Positions 36,218-49,013 of a DNA stretch of 64,000 nt are shown here, piece by piece. The notes beneath the pieces were generated by a model that saw nothing but the letters and a program-made list of their open reading frames with translations, did no database searches and was not told the DNA's origin. The stretch covers positions 357,368,001 through 357,432,000 of the forward strand of contig OZ024740.1 of the NCBI GenBank assembly GCA_964016885.1. The letters are read 5' to 3'. The position numbers and the translations under genes were made by a program. Source of the stretch: Eledone cirrhosa. Lineage: Eukaryota. The number at the start of each line of letters is the position of its first letter. Position 1 is the first letter of the stretch.

Positions 36218-38384
36218 TGTAGCAGAAGTTGTCTCCTTGGTTGTGACACTCACAACCCCAATAGATTAACGCCCTCTAGACGGGAAGTAGTTAGAGTTGC
36301 TTCCCGTTGGGGTGATAGAACAGAACCCTTTTTATCACTTCCGGCAGAGCCCTATAAAACGAATAGCTTTCGGCTCCCTATCTCTCATTTGCCCTTCCGG
36401 CGCCTGGCCTTCGCCAGGCGTCTTCTGCCAGACGCGTTTGCCTGGCAATCAAAACGGTAACTACTAACTTTGCTTCATTCTTTCGTTTATTCATTGACAT
36501 GTCAACTATACTGTTAAATTGTTGATTAAATATTATACACACAAACCATGTCTCCTTGTTACATTCATACAACCCAGCCATTCGCTATATTGGTGACCCC
36601 GACGCGATACGAACACGCAGCCGTTCATTGTTATAAGTGGTCACCCCGAAAAAAGAAAAAAATAGCAGAATCTGGTGTTGTGTGAGTAACATTACGAATA
36701 CACAGCAAATTTATTGACAAACTATGAAAATACTCAGTCAAAGAAACGCACACACGCACATGTGAAACTTTCGTGCAGACACTCTTTTTCCTTCACGCAT
36801 CCACTAACTGTCGCAGTTTGCTGTATATATATATATGTTTCTCCAAGAAACGAACACACCACGCACATGTGAAATTCGCGTTCAGACAGACTTTTTCTCT
36901 CACGCATCAACTAACTGTCGCATTTCACGATATATATATATGTTTCTCGTTTCTTACAACGAACACTTTCAAAACAAAAACAAAAAAGAAATTTGATATT
37001 TTTTTTTTTTTTAAACATTTCAACAGGAACATTTATTTTCGATGAACCATTGCCTTTTTTTTTCATCGTTTTCTTCATCGTTCAAGTTTTTTTTTCCAAA
37101 GTTCACACCAATAATTATGCTAAGTGAAGCCTTTCTTTTTCATCATTGTCACTTTCACACTTGCACTATCATTTTCTCGCGCATTAGAAATATTATTTTT
37201 TCAACCTAACTTAACCTTGTATTGGCACGTGTAGGCAGCACAAATTCTCAACTCACGGAGATATCTCGACTCACAGAGATAGCCGCACGCCAGAGATAAC
37301 GTTTCTCGCCAAGGATTCTTCAGCCTTAAGCTATATTCTCCTATTTGCCGGTTTAAAAATTTACCACGTAAATTTGCCGTTGAAAACCGCGCATTTATTC
37401 GGAATGCTTATTTCTTTGGTCGCTGGCCTCCTGACCATTCCAGGTCAACGCATTCTCAACATCGACCATCAACTTCGGCTGTTATTTCTAGCACTTTGCG
37501 CAACTCATTTTTCCGAAAAAAAATCTTTTTACTGTGAATTTAAACACCGAATACGCTCACTCCGCGAGACAACAACATCAACAGCAACACAGCTTCACCA
37601 ACAACCAAAACCAGCAGAACAAGCCAGAGAATTTATTTTTGCAGCACTCTTCCTGTGAGAAAATCCATTTGGGGGTTGGAAATTTCACGATATACCACAG
37701 AACAGAAACCACCTGCATTCATTCTCTGGAACACACTTTCTTTCCTGCTGTCATGTGATTGCACACCTGTGAACTATATTTTGTACATTTGAACTTTGAG
37801 CTCTTCTCTTACTTTATTACATTGTATCTTTGGGTGATGGATAGATAGATGCCCAGTCGTTCTCTGGCCAAGAGCGGTTGGCTACCTTGATATATATCAT
37901 TGATTTTTGCAAACATTCTTTTGTCGTAATTTTCATGCCTGTTACAACATTCTCGCCAACTTGCTACATATTTCATTCGATTTTTATATTCTAAAATTCT
38001 GGCGGGAGGTTATGTAGCAGGAGTTGTCTCCCTGGTTGTGACACTCACAACCCCAATAGATTAACGCCCTCTAGACGGGAAGTAGTTAGAGTTGCTTCCC
38101 GTTGGGGTGATAGAACAGAACCCTTTTTATCACTTCCGGCAGAGCCCTATAAAACGAATAGCTTTCGGCTCCCTATCTCTCATTTGCCCTTCCGGCGCCT
38201 GGCCTTCGCCAGGCGTCTTCTGCCAGCCGCGTTTGCCTGGCAATCAAAACGGTAACTACTAACTTTGCTTCATTCTTTCGTTTATTCATTGACATGTCAA
38301 CTATACTGTTAAATTGTTGATTAAATATTATACACACAAACCATGTCTCCTTCTTACATTCATACAACCCAGCCATTCGCTATA
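36218..38384 (+). mobile_element. Non-autonomous LTR retrotransposon (TRIM/LARD-like), 372-bp LTRs, 1.4-kb non-coding interior
   Basis: LTRs 36218-36589 and 38013-38384 with about four substitutions by eye; TSD AACC; PBS at 36591; PPT GGCGGGAGG; TATA-like CCCTATAAAA and ATTAAA inside the LTR. Confidence 0.95.
36591..36622 (+). promoter_or_regulatory. tRNA-Trp primer binding site, extended
   Basis: TGGTGACCCCGACGCGATACGAACACGCAGCC is complementary to the 3' end of metazoan tRNA-Trp as I recall it (..GGCUGCGUGUUCGAAUCACGUCGGGGUCACCA). Confidence 0.85.
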
Positions 38385-39194
38385 AACCCCTCTGACCAGC
38401 GAGTCTTCCAAACTCTGTAATAATTTACTTCACTTTTTTTTTACTTATTTATCCTAGTGTCCTTGATTGTATGCGACATACCTTCGTTGTCTAAGGCGTC
38501 TTTCAAGTAAAACGTTTTCCGTTTCCTAATCACTGGGCAGCATAGCTACTTGTCTTTTGGTGTCTATCAGAGTGTATCACCCTTGCGTTTTCTAATTATG
38601 TTGAATCAGAATCCGCTGAGCCTTTTATCATATCAAAATCTTCATATTCTGCAGGACCTTTGGATATGAAGAATATTAAGCATTTTTCGTAACCACAACA
38701 AGCTCCTTTCTAAGGAATTTTTATATATTCCCCATATACATTGGTCGGCAAAACGTAATTGATATGTTCTTTATGAATGTCTTTTTTTTTTTTACTAACA
38801 CATCAGTTTGATGATTTAGGAAACCTAACAGCACTATATCGCCACTAAAAATAAACTACCATTATTATCACAATATATTATTAAATAAACAAATATATGT
38901 ATATTGAATTAATTTAAATTTCTTATTTCAAAAACGTTTAAGTTTAATTCAGCAGAAAAAAATTAACTATATTTTGCCTTTTGGGAATCGAGCATTAGTC
39001 AACATCTATATATTCAATGTATTATCAAAATAGGCATGACTACATACAAAACAAAGAAAAAGAGAAAAAGAGAACAGGAGTACACATATACGTACGGATT
39101 AAAATAATTACGGGCTGTGTTGCTGATGCAAAACCTTGACTTGTGCCCGAATCCCGTCCCCACTGAAACATAAGAACAAGTTGATTAACTTAAT

Positions 39195-40130
39195 TAATAA
39201 TGTAATCTAGCTAAACCTCTAATACTTGTACAACAAGTAAATATTAGATTAGATGTTGTCTTCCTGTTTCTTCTACAACTACAACGGTACGCGATGGGGC
39301 CCACCCACAGCCCCGCCGGACAGAATGGAGAAGGCGTTTCCTCGGAGGACGGCGAGGGAGACGCGCTGGAAAATCCACTCCAATTCGCAGGGCTCACACC
39401 TGCGGCTGGCCAGCTCAGCGCCTATGGTGTAAAGTAAGGAGGTAGCCCTGGGGCCGAGGACACCAGAAGTCTCCACTGCCAGGGGTACGACCGCAAACCT
39501 GTCGGAGAGCGACCGGTATTTGAGGAGTTTGGCCCCCTCAGCCCGACGTGCAGCAGAACCTGGGTCAGTCGCAAACTGCACCAGGTTGCGGCTGCAGAAA
39601 GTGTCGGTGCAAGTGGCATCCCAGACGAGGGGTTTGCTACCGCGGAACGGGAAGATGATCATGCCATCTGGCCTTTTGCCGTCCTCTCGATCCATCCCCA
39701 CCGGCTCGAGCTGGGAAGCCTGCAGCGTCCAAGTCATGCTTAATGACCTCGTTGAGGGCAGCATGGCGTGGAAGGCGGCCGGCACTGTGGCGACAGGAAA
39801 GCGGGTGGAGGCCGAAAGAGTCCACGGTGGAACCGCAGGGACATTTGTGTGGCTGGTAGATCCGGAGGCTGAGCCTCAGGGAAACGCCGATGCGCAGGCT
39901 ATGGTTGTCTAGCTGTGTGCCAGTGGAGAAGGAGGGCAGGGCATGAAGCCAGGCACCACTGTGGCGTTTGGAGGCCGCACGAAAACAAACAAGGTGGTGC
40001 TGGTCGAGCTGGCGCGTGAGTCTGTCTGAGGCCAGGCTGCACCTGGATGGCATCCCAAGTGCGTTGGGGGGACTTGACGTCAACAGGGGGAGAAGGAGGT
40101 GGGACGTCTACTAGGCTAAGTCCCAGCAAG
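39195..40130 (-). mobile_element. CRE-clade non-LTR retrotransposon, 5'-truncated (CCHC finger and restriction-like endonuclease)
   Basis: [79 protein letters not shown]; one frameshift; GC-rich island. Confidence 0.88.
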
Positions 40131-41115
40131 TAAATTATTTTATCGCGAAATTAAAACATTTGACGCTATTTTTTACATTTCCACATCATTGCCATATCAG
40201 ATAAAATAATGATCTCCTATAGTCGAATATGTTAATGATATTGGCAACATTTTTCTGTATAATTGCATTTGTGTATGTCCTTTGATACAAATCTGAGCCA
40301 AATTATTCAAATGATTTTGCCTCATAGTGTTGCATAGATAACTCTTTAACCTTCTGAAAATGCACTATAAGAAAGCCCAGAACACAACGTGACCAGAATC
40401 ACGAGTAAAATTTGAACTGTAATTCTAAAGAAATATTGAATGTCGGGAAGTTAGTCGTCTCTGTCTGAATACAACTGATTACAGCAATTGTTCAAACAAT
40501 ATTTTGTTTTTTGCCCAGATTTTTGCCCGGAAAATTAAGTCTGAATCGCGGCACGATTTGAGCGGGGTTTAGTGCAAAATTCGTATATAGCGTTATATTA
40601 AATTAAAGTATAAGGCACAATAAATATTAGGAAGATGAAATAGTACAGGTTTAAGAGGTGAAGTAACAAGAGAGACGGAAATGATTTTTGTTTATAACTG
40701 GCGAATAAAAGAAATAGTGAATCCTCGTATTAACAAGATGACAATAGCTACGACTAAGTGAGAAGCTTGCTTCTATGCAATAAAATGTATCTTCGTATAT
40801 AATAACAATGGCAAAGAAATACATAAGACCAATAGAGTAACATCACAAAAGATAAACAAAGAAGCTGATTTACGTCCTTAACTCCTGTTGAACGACGGTT
40901 CACAGCAAAATTAAATCACTCTGGTCAATTGAAAGATGATTGATCCCTTAAAACGATAGAATGCAGAAAAGCAAAAACTAAATGTTTTCCAAAATAAAAG
41001 AGGCAGAAAACAACGTGCAATCCTAAGGAAGATTATATTTACGGCTCTTATCTGCTGATTCTTGTTTAACAAAATAACGGGAAATAAACGTTATCGTTAT
41101 TACTTTGTGTCCATA

Positions 41116-41334
41116 ATGGTTTCTGGTTTAGGCACAAGGCCAACAACTGCGGGAGAGGGGAAAGTCGATTAAATCGACCGACCCCTGTGCGTTCCTGGTA
41201 CTTTATCTAATCGTCCACGAAAGACTGAAATGTAAAGCTAACCGCAGCAGGGTTTGAACTCGGAACATAAAGTGCCGTAACTATATGCTGCAAAGCATGT
41301 TGTCCGACGCTCAACCGATAATGCCAATCCACTC
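41116..41334 (-). mobile_element. SINE family A copy with TSD TGTCCATAATG
   Basis: Family consensus in reverse; 11-bp flanking direct repeat. Confidence 0.82.
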
Positions 41335-41839
41335 TGTCCATAATGAAAACATATGTGTCATTGGCTCAGTTGAATGAACTGTAAAGAGATCCGATGACAT
41401 ATTTAGCTCATTCTTTCCTTTTATTGAGTTAGACAAAGAAGTGAGGGCAACATCCCAAATATTTGCAAGCCCTCTTAAACCTATGATATTGATTCCGTTG
41501 ATGTTCTGTTTGAACCTCTATAGGCAGCTGCTTGTAGTAAAATTGTAAGAGAAGAGTGGATACCAATGGGAAGATGTTCTGGGGAGGAAGAATAGAATAA
41601 AGTTTAGTGCGAAGGCTGAAAAGTGACTAGAGAAATTCTGGTAGGTCGAGGCAGAAAGGCTATGCTACCAGGTTGTCCAGAGATACAAAGACTGTTGTAT
41701 TAACAATAGCAGAAATAAAGGCAGGAAATCTTTCCTTCATCATCATCATCATCATCATATTCTTCTTCTTCTTCTTCTTCTTCTTCTTCTTCTTCTTCTT
41801 CTTCTTCCCCTCCTCCTCCTCCGCGCCCACTTATTCCTG

Positions 41840-42065
41840 AGAGGGTCGTGAGGGCAGAGTCCTAAAAAAACTCCTTCGAGCGCCTCCTGTCAGAAATAAC
41901 TGTCTCCAAGAGAGAAACGAACGAAAAATATTTTGCGATCTCCATTTCATGCCACAAAAATTGGCGACCTGTCCTGGGAGACGTGGTTTGGACGCACAAA
42001 GATTGCGTGTCCCGAGATCCCAAAGCGGGTTCGGAAGGGAGCAAACCTTGACAATTGGAACCTGG
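41840..42065 (+). mobile_element. 5' fragment of the same RTE family as 29855-31880
   Basis: Shares TCTCCATTTCAT..GGACGCACAA..GGAAGGGAGCAAACCTTGACAAT.GGAACCTGG with 30085-30222. Confidence 0.75.
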
Positions 42066-42353
42066 CAGGAAATCCCGCCAAGGTCAATTTTGAAGTAAAT
42101 AGATAACATATCAGTCAAGAACTAAAATTGAACACACATTACACACACTCTCTCTCTCTCTCACACGCACACACTCTCTCTCACACACACACTCTCTATC
42201 TCTCTCTATCTCTCTATCTCTCTATCTATTTATCTATCTATACGTCACAAGTTGCACGTTAATTTCATGAGTAGGCTGTTCCATTGATCGAACAATTGGA
42301 CCACTCATCGTAGAAACTGACAGAAGTCCATTGATATTATATATTATTGTCGC

Positions 42354-43033
42354 GTGGATTGGCAGTACCGGTAGAGGGTCGAACGCCATGCTTTGCAGCA
42401 TAGAGTTACAGCCCTTGCCATTCTGAATTCAAATCCCGCCGAGGTTAACTTTGCCTTTCACCCTTACGGGATCGAAAAATAAAATGCCAGTAATACACTG
42501 GGATAATTGCTGGCCTTGTGCCAAAAGTAGAAACAATTATATATTATTGTCGCGTCATTTACTACCACGTGGTTATGTGTGTCATACCAGATCTCTAGTT
42601 TTGAGATTCTTCTTTTTCTCCCGATCCATTAATCACGGAAGCCCTGAAAAGCATCACTGGTGATGTTCTTTCTCCTCTGACTAAAAGATATTTCAAAACC
42701 TACATATAAGTGAGGAGATGGCGAATTGAATAGCGCTCTAATTTCAAATCCCGCCGAGGTCGGCTTTGCCTTTCATAAAGTACCAGTAATGCACTAGGTA
42801 ATTGCTGGCCTTGTGCCTAAAGTAGAAACAATTATTTCTAGGGCGGTGGATTGGCAGTATCGGTAGAGGGTCGGACGCCATGCTTTAACGCATAGAGTTA
42901 CGGCCCTTGCCATTCTGAGTTCAAATCCCGCCGAGGTTAACTTTGCCTTTCATCCTTACAGGGTCGATAAAATAAAGTACCAGTAATGTACTAGGTAATT
43001 GCTGGCCTTGTGCCAATAGTAGAAACAATTATT
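42354..43033 (+). mobile_element. Cluster of three SINE family A copies
   Basis: 42354-42540 is flanked by a 20-bp TSD ATTATATATTATTGTCGCGT; 42741-42836 is internally deleted; 42841-43033 is full length. Confidence 0.88.
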
Positions 43034-43474
43034 TCTAGGTCGGTAAATAAAATACGGGGACTGGTTCTCTCTCTATCTCTCAAGAAGAAATTGACTGTTT
43101 TCCGACATGAAGAGGAATGGGACCCGCCAAATTTAAAGAACACCCAAAACACGGCGTCTCTACCAAGAGTTATGGGCCCTTCTTCACTTAGAAGTAATAT
43201 AATTGAAGGGATGCTGTGATGATATACGAATTCGAAATTGCATGTGTTACGTTGCTCTTACAGAAACTCTATTCTGCGTGCTTCACATCATCTATCTGTC
43301 AGGAATAGGTAACACAATAGTTGGCGACAGAGTGGCAAGCCCCTGTGCATGACAATATTTGTCTCTCATCTGTCAGTTACTACAGATACATTTTTAATCT
43401 ATAAAACGAAGGAAATTCATCTACATTATTGCTGACCTGATAGAAATAACAATTATGTAGATGGTTTTTGAGAA

Positions 43475-43800
43475 CTTGCGAGATGGATCGAGCAGTTGAA
43501 GGAAGTACTAAATAGCCCTGAGCCTGACTCCCTGATAGTAACCGAAGAACCCTTATATAATCACCCTATTAACACTGGCGACTTCTCAGGGGAAGAAATA
43601 CGGAAGACAATCAAAACCCTAAAAAGCAATAAGTCACCCGGTATGGATGGTATTACCGCAGAGATGGTTAAAGGAAGAAAGGGGTGCATCACTACATAGA
43701 TGCATCAGTTATGCAACCAAATGTGGAATACAGGTGAGGTACCAGAGGACAGGAAGAACGGAGAAGTTACCTGCATCCCAACAAAAGTTGGAATGATGTA
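43475..43800 (+). mobile_element. LINE fragment (region N-terminal to RT)
   Basis: FSGEEIRKTIKTLKSNKSPGMDGITAEMVK followed by LCNQMWNTGEVPED. Confidence 0.75.
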
Positions 43801-44549
43801 TTGATAGATGCAACTGATCGTAGTCACTGGAGTACTTTGGCTGCTTTATGCGCCACAAGACACGGGAGCTTCTAAGTCTAATAGAAATAGCACCCAAATT
43901 TCCCTCAAATTACCGTCTACTTACTTGGGAAAGAAAGGGATATTTTAGATAATGTACTCCACCATACCACTACAAAGCTGGAATGATTGCGACTGGAATG
44001 CTTTTCATTATAAGTGAATTCAATGAATGTTGACCTTGTGCGAAACAATAACACCCATTCGCATTTATTATGATTAAAAATGGATTACTGTTGAAAATTA
44101 GACTATTTTTAAAGTATACTTCCACGTCACAGAAATGTTTAAAATGCGTTGAAATAATCCATGGAGATTTTTCCTAATTTCTTATGCAAGGGAGACAATT
44201 CATAGATACTTTCACCGACAAACCGCGTAGGCTATGATGCGGATTATTCAAAGAAAGCAACACTTGTACACGTCAGTGTGAGGCACAAATTTCTATGAAT
44301 CGGTTGTTTCAAAAACAAGTAGCATCGCCAGTAAATCGGTGAATGTTTTTATTAACACCATCGGAGCAAAGATAGTTGAAGCCGTGAATAATATGGTTAT
44401 GACAATGAATTGGTTTGGCAATCAATCGTGGCAAGTTTGCATGAAAGTAAGGTAATAAGAAATTCTAGGGAATGTCTTCAAAGAAGAAGCTCTTCCCATG
44501 CAAGTTTTTTGGTCCTTAACTCCTTTTACCCTTTTGGATATTGGAGACT

Positions 44550-44800
44550 TGTGTGTGTATGGCACTATATGAAGATCGCTTCTGTTCCTCGTCGACCAGA
44601 TAGAGCAGGAACTCTGCTCCGCTGCCTCTGTTATTGCCTTAATGAATTTGGTCCTCTCTTTCCCAGAGATTGAGAACGGTTTCAATAAGTTTGTAATTGA
44701 ATTGAGTGATTCAAACACAATCATTTTTCATTCCTTACAATGCAGTCCCAGTAACGAGATGAAATTCACCTCGCTTTCGTGCAGCTTTGCAAATATTTTA
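44550..44800 (-). mobile_element. Possible relic of a HERO/R2-group restriction-like endonuclease C-terminus
   Basis: LLKPFSISGKERTKFIKAITEAAEQSSCSIWSTRN resembles the ..IxxxxxAAExxSxwiWxxR terminus of such elements. Confidence 0.4.
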
Positions 44801-45063
44801 TTTCTAGTGTTATCTCCCTTGCACTGCTGATGTACTTTGCTAAAAAATTAAACATCGAAAGCTACAAATATTGAGTACTTTCGTGTGTTAGGGTCACCCG
44901 CTTTGTTTTTGTTATATATATATATATGTGTGTATGTATATATGTATGTATGTGTGTGTGTTTTGTTATTTTCACCATACCCCACCCTTCCTAACTTGTT
45001 CTTCCTCTCTTATAATCACACTTGCAGTACTAATAATTTCATCTTTATCTTTATTTTCATTAA

Positions 45064-45271
45064 CCCTTTAGCATTTACATTAGTCTATATTTACTATTAT
45101 ATGTTTATGATAAACACTTTATCTCACATAATATCGAATCTATGAGATTTTGATATTATCTATTTTGAGAAAAATACCTTAATATCATTATGCGCATCCG
45201 TTTACTGCCGGTTTGAACAGAAAGGGGTGAGAGAATTCTGGCCGGATACAGCCGGTTTAAATGCTAAAGGG
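45064..45271. mobile_element. piggyBac-type MITE, 208 bp
   Basis: TIR CCCTTTAGCATTTA / TAAATGCTAAAGGG with TTAA on both sides. Confidence 0.88.
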
Positions 45272-45545
45272 TTAATACTAGTATTTCCTTTCTTTGATAT
45301 CTTTACTCTCTATGTGTTTAAAATCTTTTTAAATCTTTATATATTTATGTTTTATTTACAGTCTACTATTTCAGCCACATAGTCCTTATTTCTACCAATT
45401 TGTTTTGTTTTGTAGTTGTTGTCGATATCACTACAGATATTGCTATTTAGAACCCATACCTCGTTGTAGTCACTGTTGTTGTTGCTGTTACTGTCGCTAT
45501 TGTTGTTGTTGTTAAAATTATTATTATTATCATTACAATTATTAA

Positions 45546-45760
45546 GGGCAGTGGATTGGCAGTATCAGTAGAGCATCAGACAAGATGCTTTGTGGCCCTT
45601 TACGTTCTGAATTCAAATCCCGCCGAAGTTAACTTACCCTTTCCTCCTTACGGGATCGATAAAATAAAGTACCAGTAATACACTGGAGTCGATTTAATTG
45701 ACCCCCCCACCCAAAAAAAAATGTTGGCCTTGTGCCTAAATCAGAAACCATTATTATTAT
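45546..45760 (+). mobile_element. SINE family A copy
   Basis: Family consensus with (ATT)n tail. Confidence 0.85.
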
Positions 45761-46368
45761 TGTTGTTATGGTGATGGTTATAAATGTTGTTATTGTGGCT
45801 GTCACTATCACTGCGGCTGTTATTATTATCGTTGTTGTGGCCATAATAGTTGCTGTTATCAGTGTTGTTGTTATTGTTGTCGCAGTTGTAGCCGTTGCCA
45901 CTGTCGTTTTATCACCCACCCTCAATGTTTTTATTACACCTACTATCTAACCAAATAGAGAAATAGCGTACCTGTAGGTTGAATGTCTGGAATTACGACC
46001 ATCATCCAACCCTCACATAAGAAAAAAAAGATAACATCTTGATAATTCATAACCTTGTGACTAAAGGTGGTTGAGAAAGACAGGATTGCTAATAGACACA
46101 TCAATCATGCTTCGCTTCACAAATTGTAAATACAATAGCTGGAAGGACCCTTTTAGAAACTCATATGCTTATTAGGCACACAAGAAGATAAAAACGTTTT
46201 GCTGCAGCATATCACATAAGCGTTAATCATCTGATGACATCGCACCTGTACCAGCAACAAATACAATTACTGCACCGTGAGTGCACACGGAACACCATAG
46301 AAGTAATTATAATGAATAAATGCTTTATGTAAACACAGCATCTTTCTTAATATTATCCTTATATATAT

Positions 46369-46560
46369 GCGTGGCTGAGTGGTTAGCAAATTGGATTCGC
46401 AATCGTGAGGTTGTGAGTTCCATTCCTGAACCGGGTGATGGGTTATGTCCTTGAGCAAGGCACTTTATTTGACGTTGCTCCTTCTACCTGGATTTGCAAC
46501 CAATAGATAGTATTAGCAATTGGAAAGACCAATGGAAACATTGTTTCCTCAGTCCGATTT
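46369..46560 (+). mobile_element. SINE family B (tRNA head TGGCTGAGTGGTTAG..GAGTTC, then GTCCTTGAGCAAGRCACTT block)
   Basis: Related copies at about 51110-51250 (-), 60706-60835 (+) and 62740-62940 (+). Confidence 0.75.
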
Positions 46561-46727
46561 GACGAAAAGTCAATTGACTGTCGATATATATATAAATATA
46601 TGCACATCTACATACATATATAGATACACACACACATAAATACATAAATAAATATATAGAAATAAATAACACAAGTAGACATTTCCAGTATATTTTATAA
46701 TCAATTTAAAACTCATTCATTCAGTAA

Positions 46728-47017
46728 TTATGCATTTGGTTGATAATGTTCTGAATTCATTGAGAGTAAAGGAACAGTCGCTTGAACAAGAGGGATAGCC
46801 ATATCAACTTCAGGAGAAATAGGTGTAGGTAGATCATTGCCTACTGTAGCATCTAAATTCAAGGGTTGAGTTACTGATGAGGGAAATTCATTCAAACTAT
46901 GTAGAGATGTTTGTGTGGCTTGGAAAGGACTCTGGTCTCCTTGTTTTTTAGAGTCCTTTTTAGAAAATCGACAACATATAATGTCTACAAGAAAACCACA
47001 GAAGCCATGAAGCATTC
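46728..47017 (-). CDS. ERGIC2: ERGIC2 last coding exon (end of TM2 and cytosolic tail)
   Basis: Acceptor ttctctattccag|GA ATG; (G)MLHGFCGFLVDIICCRF...PLLSMNSEHYQPNA*; phase matches the preceding exon. Confidence 0.88.
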
Positions 47018-47845
47018 CTGGAATAGAGAAAAATAGAAGAGTTGTGTTAGACATTTGGTAAAAGAATAAAGAATCCTTAACAATATTTCATATCTAACTT
47101 ATAATCCTTGATTATGAGTATGTAGGTGTAGCTTCTACACAAGTCAACAGGACCATATTTTTGAAGTTCAAAAGATTACATAAAGACACCCAATAATCAG
47201 CAACATAGCAGGATTCTAAAGTTACAGGATGCAAACACATAAAAACAGCTCTGAGAAGACTTTTCAGTTGTGTCAAGGCCAGGACAACTTCTCTATTGTT
47301 GGTGATAGGAAGTGCATCCTGCCATAAAAAAAACTTACCAAACAACAGATTGCAAGGACTCATCAATTGTGTCCAAAACATGACAACTGCCCTAGTGCTA
47401 ATGTCATGATAAAATGTATCCAGTGAGGGAAAACATCTGAGCAAGAATATAAGAATTCCTCAAAATATTTCATTTATTAATTCAAATAGTATGTATTTCG
47501 TTAAGAAATACAGTCATGAAAGGGTTAAGTAATTTGATTTCTGTGTGATTTTTACCATAAAACAATTGATTAGCAGTAAAAAAAAAAAGAGATCCAGTTG
47601 TAAAATTAATTGTCCAAATAAGAAATAGACAGTCAATGCTAACATAATAACAGGATATAAAACACCAAGAAAAAACTTACCTTTTTGAATTAAATGGTAG
47701 TTAAATATATTAAGATAATACAGCATTCTGAATCATTATGGCAATAAATATATTGAGACAACATAACTTTCCCCATAATAGAGTCAGCATTGTATTACGT
47801 GCAAGAACAGTTATAATCAGAATATTTAAATTCCATGAGTTTTAC

Positions 47846-48008
47846 CTGACACAGAAAACATTCCTCCAATGATACCACAAAGCCGGACTAAGAATTGCCA
47901 ATAAGGTTTATGTTCTTCTCGTACACGAATTTTTAAAGAAGCAATGTCGTATTTAATGAAGATTCCAGCAACACCATGACTGCCTTTCTCATGATTAATT
48001 GTCCGGTT
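47846..48008 (-). CDS. ERGIC2: ERGIC2 exon (163 nt)
   Basis: tttcag|AAC..TCAG|gtaaaa; NRTINHEKGSHGVAGIFIKYDIASLKIRVREEHKPYWQFLVRLCGIIGGMFSVSG, the conserved C-terminal ERGIC2 block. Confidence 0.95.
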
Positions 48009-48959
48009 CTGAAAGTATGGCATCAAGAAAACAGGATGTAAAAAATCTAATATATAAGCAAAACATTTATATATATAGCTTTGAAATTATATTACAGAAT
48101 AAGGGTTTTATAAGGGAAAAGCTGTACCTACTGTACTATTAATACTGCCATCACTACCATTAGTATCAACACTAAAACCAGTGACAACAACACTACCACA
48201 GCGCTGTTTCTCACATGCAAGAGTGCAATATCACTGCAACACCTCCAACAACAACACTACTACAGCACTGTTCCTTATATTCAAGAGTGCAATATCACTT
48301 CTGAAATCTTGTAGATTTAGAAGTTATATTGTATTATTGTCCTAGGTTGCATTGATCGAGATTTTGAAGTCATTGTTGGTGTGTACCCATAATGCCTTTG
48401 GCCATCCCTTAGAGCAGGTATCATCCATCTAGTAACAAAGCTGCTATCATTGTCATTTCTCACTGGTGTGCTGTAAATAACCAAGCAACCTAATCTTCAA
48501 CATTCAACAAAGTATACTGTTTTCTTAACTCTGCCAAACAACTTCTGATTCAATTTAACAAATTATAACCTCTTCAAATCACTGTTAAACAAAGATGTTT
48601 GAGTTTGACACTCACAAGTAAGAATTCACTAATACAGATAAATACATTATAGATGCAAGCATGTTCTGTAGCATATAATGTATCACAAGTTAGTAACCAC
48701 AATATTTAATTGAGAGAAAGACATCTATGTCAGAGATTAGCTGACTCAAGGCTTTTCTGATGAAAGTTGGGAAAGCTTTTGCTGAAGACTTTCAATTTTA
48801 TCATAATAAACATATCTACTAGTGTGGACAGACAGTGAAAAGTACACACACACACACACATATATATATAAAATTAATATAGAAATGGCTTCTACAAGAC
48901 TAGAACTGTTTCATTCAAAGGAAATCTTACTGTGGTTATCCCCAATTGAACACGGGACT

Positions 48960-49013
<54 letters not shown>

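Noticed and set aside
36378-36581. Duplicated 67-aa ORF (also 38173..38376)
   Set aside because: The duplication simply reflects the two LTRs; no recognisable protein motif.
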